From a virus (taxonomy: Duplodnaviria; Heunggongvirae; Uroviricota; Caudoviricetes), in IMG/VR virus record IMGVR_UViG_2877953467_000003, positions 1 to 40,358 of that record: 40,358 nt of DNA; one strand, written 5' to 3'. Both the position numbers and the translations under genes were made by a program. A model generated the notes under the pieces. The model did not search any database and was not told the DNA's origin. It saw only the letters and a program-made list of their open reading frames with translations. This document shows, in pieces, positions 39,111 to 40,358 of the stretch (its first letter is position 1; each line of letters starts with the position of its first letter).

Positions 39111-40358
39111 CTATATTGCTGAAGGTACAGGCGTTTCCATAACTATTTGCTCGCGTTTTTTACTCAAGAAGAAAATGCCAAATAGCAACATCAGGCAGAC
39201 AATACCCGAAATTGCGAAGAAAACTGTCTGGTAGCCTGCGTGGTCAAAGAGTATCCCAGTCGGCGTTGAAAGCAGCACAATCCCAAGCGAACTGGCAATT
39301 TGAAAACCAATCAGAAAGATCGTCGACGACAGGCGCTTATCAAAGTTTGCCACGCTGTATTTGAAGACGGATATGACACAAAGTGGAACCTCAATGGCAT
39401 GTAACAACTTCACTAATGAAATAATCCAGGGGTTAACGAACAGCGCGCAGGAAAGGATACGCAACGCCATAATCACAACTCCGATAAGTAATGCATTTTT
39501 TGGCCCTACCCGATTCACAAAGAAAGGAATAATCGCCATGCACAGCGCTTCGAGTACCACCTGGAATGAGTTGAGATAACCATACAGGCGCGTTCCTACA
39601 TCGTGTGATTCGAATAAACCTGCATAAAAGACAGGAAAAAGTTGTTGATCAAAAATGTTATAGAAAGACCACGTCCCCACAATAAATATGACGAAAACCC
39701 AGAAGTTTCGATCCTTGAAAACTGCGATAAAATCCTCTTTTTTTACCCCTCCCGCATCTGCCGCTACGCACTGGTGATCCTTATCTTTAAAACGCATGTT
39801 GATCATCATAAATACAGCGCCAAATAGCGAGACCAACCAGAAGTTGATATGGGGACTGATACTAAAAAATATGCCGGCAAAGAACGCGCCAATAGCATAG
39901 CCAAAAGATCCCCAGGCGCGCGCTGTTCCATATTCGAAATGAAAATTTCGCGCCATTTTTTCGGTGAAGCTATCAAGCAAACCGCATCCCGCCAGATACC
40001 CCAAGCCAAAAAATAGCGCCCCCAGAATTAGACCTACAGAAAAATTGCTTTGCAGTAACGGTTCATAAACGTAAATCATAAACGGTCCGGTCAAGACCAG
40101 GATGAAACTCATACACCAGATGAGCGGTTTCTTCAGACCGAGTTTATCCTGAACGATGCCGTAGAACATCATAAATAGAATGCTGGTAAACTGGTTGACC
40201 GAATAAAGTGTACCTAATTCCGTCCCTGTCAACCCTAGATGTCCTTTCAGCCAAATAGCGTATAACGACCACCACAGCGACCAGGAAATAAAAAAGAGAA
40301 ATGAGTAACTGGATGCAAAACGATAGTACGCATTTCTGAATGGAATATTCAGTGCCAT
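39111..40358 (-). CDS. cscB: Sucrose:H+ symporter (LacY-family oligosaccharide permease)
   Basis: 415 aa, 12-TM MFS protein with LacY-like N-terminus; recognised as CscB; ORF start coincides with window end. Confidence 0.8.
   Translation of the reverse strand: MALNIPFRNAYYRFASSYSFLFFISWSLWWSLYAIWLKGHLGLTGTELGTLYSVNQFTSILFMMFYGIVQDKLGLKKPLIWCMSFILVLTGPFMIYVYEPLLQSNFSVGLILGALFFGLGYLAGCGLLDSFTEKMARNFHFEYGTARAWGSFGYAIGAFFAGIFFSISPHINFWLVSLFGAVFMMINMRFKDKDHQCVAADAGGVKKEDFIAVFKDRNFWVFVIFIVGTWSFYNIFDQQLFPVFYAGLFESHDVGTRLYGYLNSFQVVLEALCMAIIPFFVNRVGPKNALLIGVVIMALRILSCALFVNPWIISLVKLLHAIEVPLCVISVFKYSVANFDKRLSSTIFLIGFQIASSLGIVLLSTPTGILFDHAGYQTVFFAISGIVCLMLLFGIFFLSKKREQIVMETPVPSAI

Overview
This window is an Escherichia coli chromosomal segment carrying an apparently intact, roughly 37.6 kb mosaic lambdoid prophage integrated at tRNA-Arg(CCU) argW. 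It runs yfdC, argW (attL), the prophage, attR, then the sucrose permease cscB. All calls are from reading the sequence and ORF translations; no database search was run. The prophage has a KplE1/CPS-53-type IntS integrase at the left end and the TorI excisionase at the right end. Structural, lysis and replication genes are on the minus strand: Mu-like contractile tail, HK97-like head, TerS/TerL with an HNH endonuclease, phage-21-type lysis cassette, two tRNAs, Q, a lambda-like nin region, DnaB-like helicase, O-like initiator with origin iterons, cII and cro. The plus-strand leftward operon has cI, nutL, N, an Erf/SSB recombination module and several small accessory genes. The main candidate for an undescribed system is a visibly AT-rich, ClpP/S49-like serine peptidase gene sitting between cI and pL/nutL, the position lambda uses for rexAB exclusion genes. 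Secondary observations are an AT-rich accessory block after N, a split tRNA-homology block around torI, and translationally coupled micro-ORFs.
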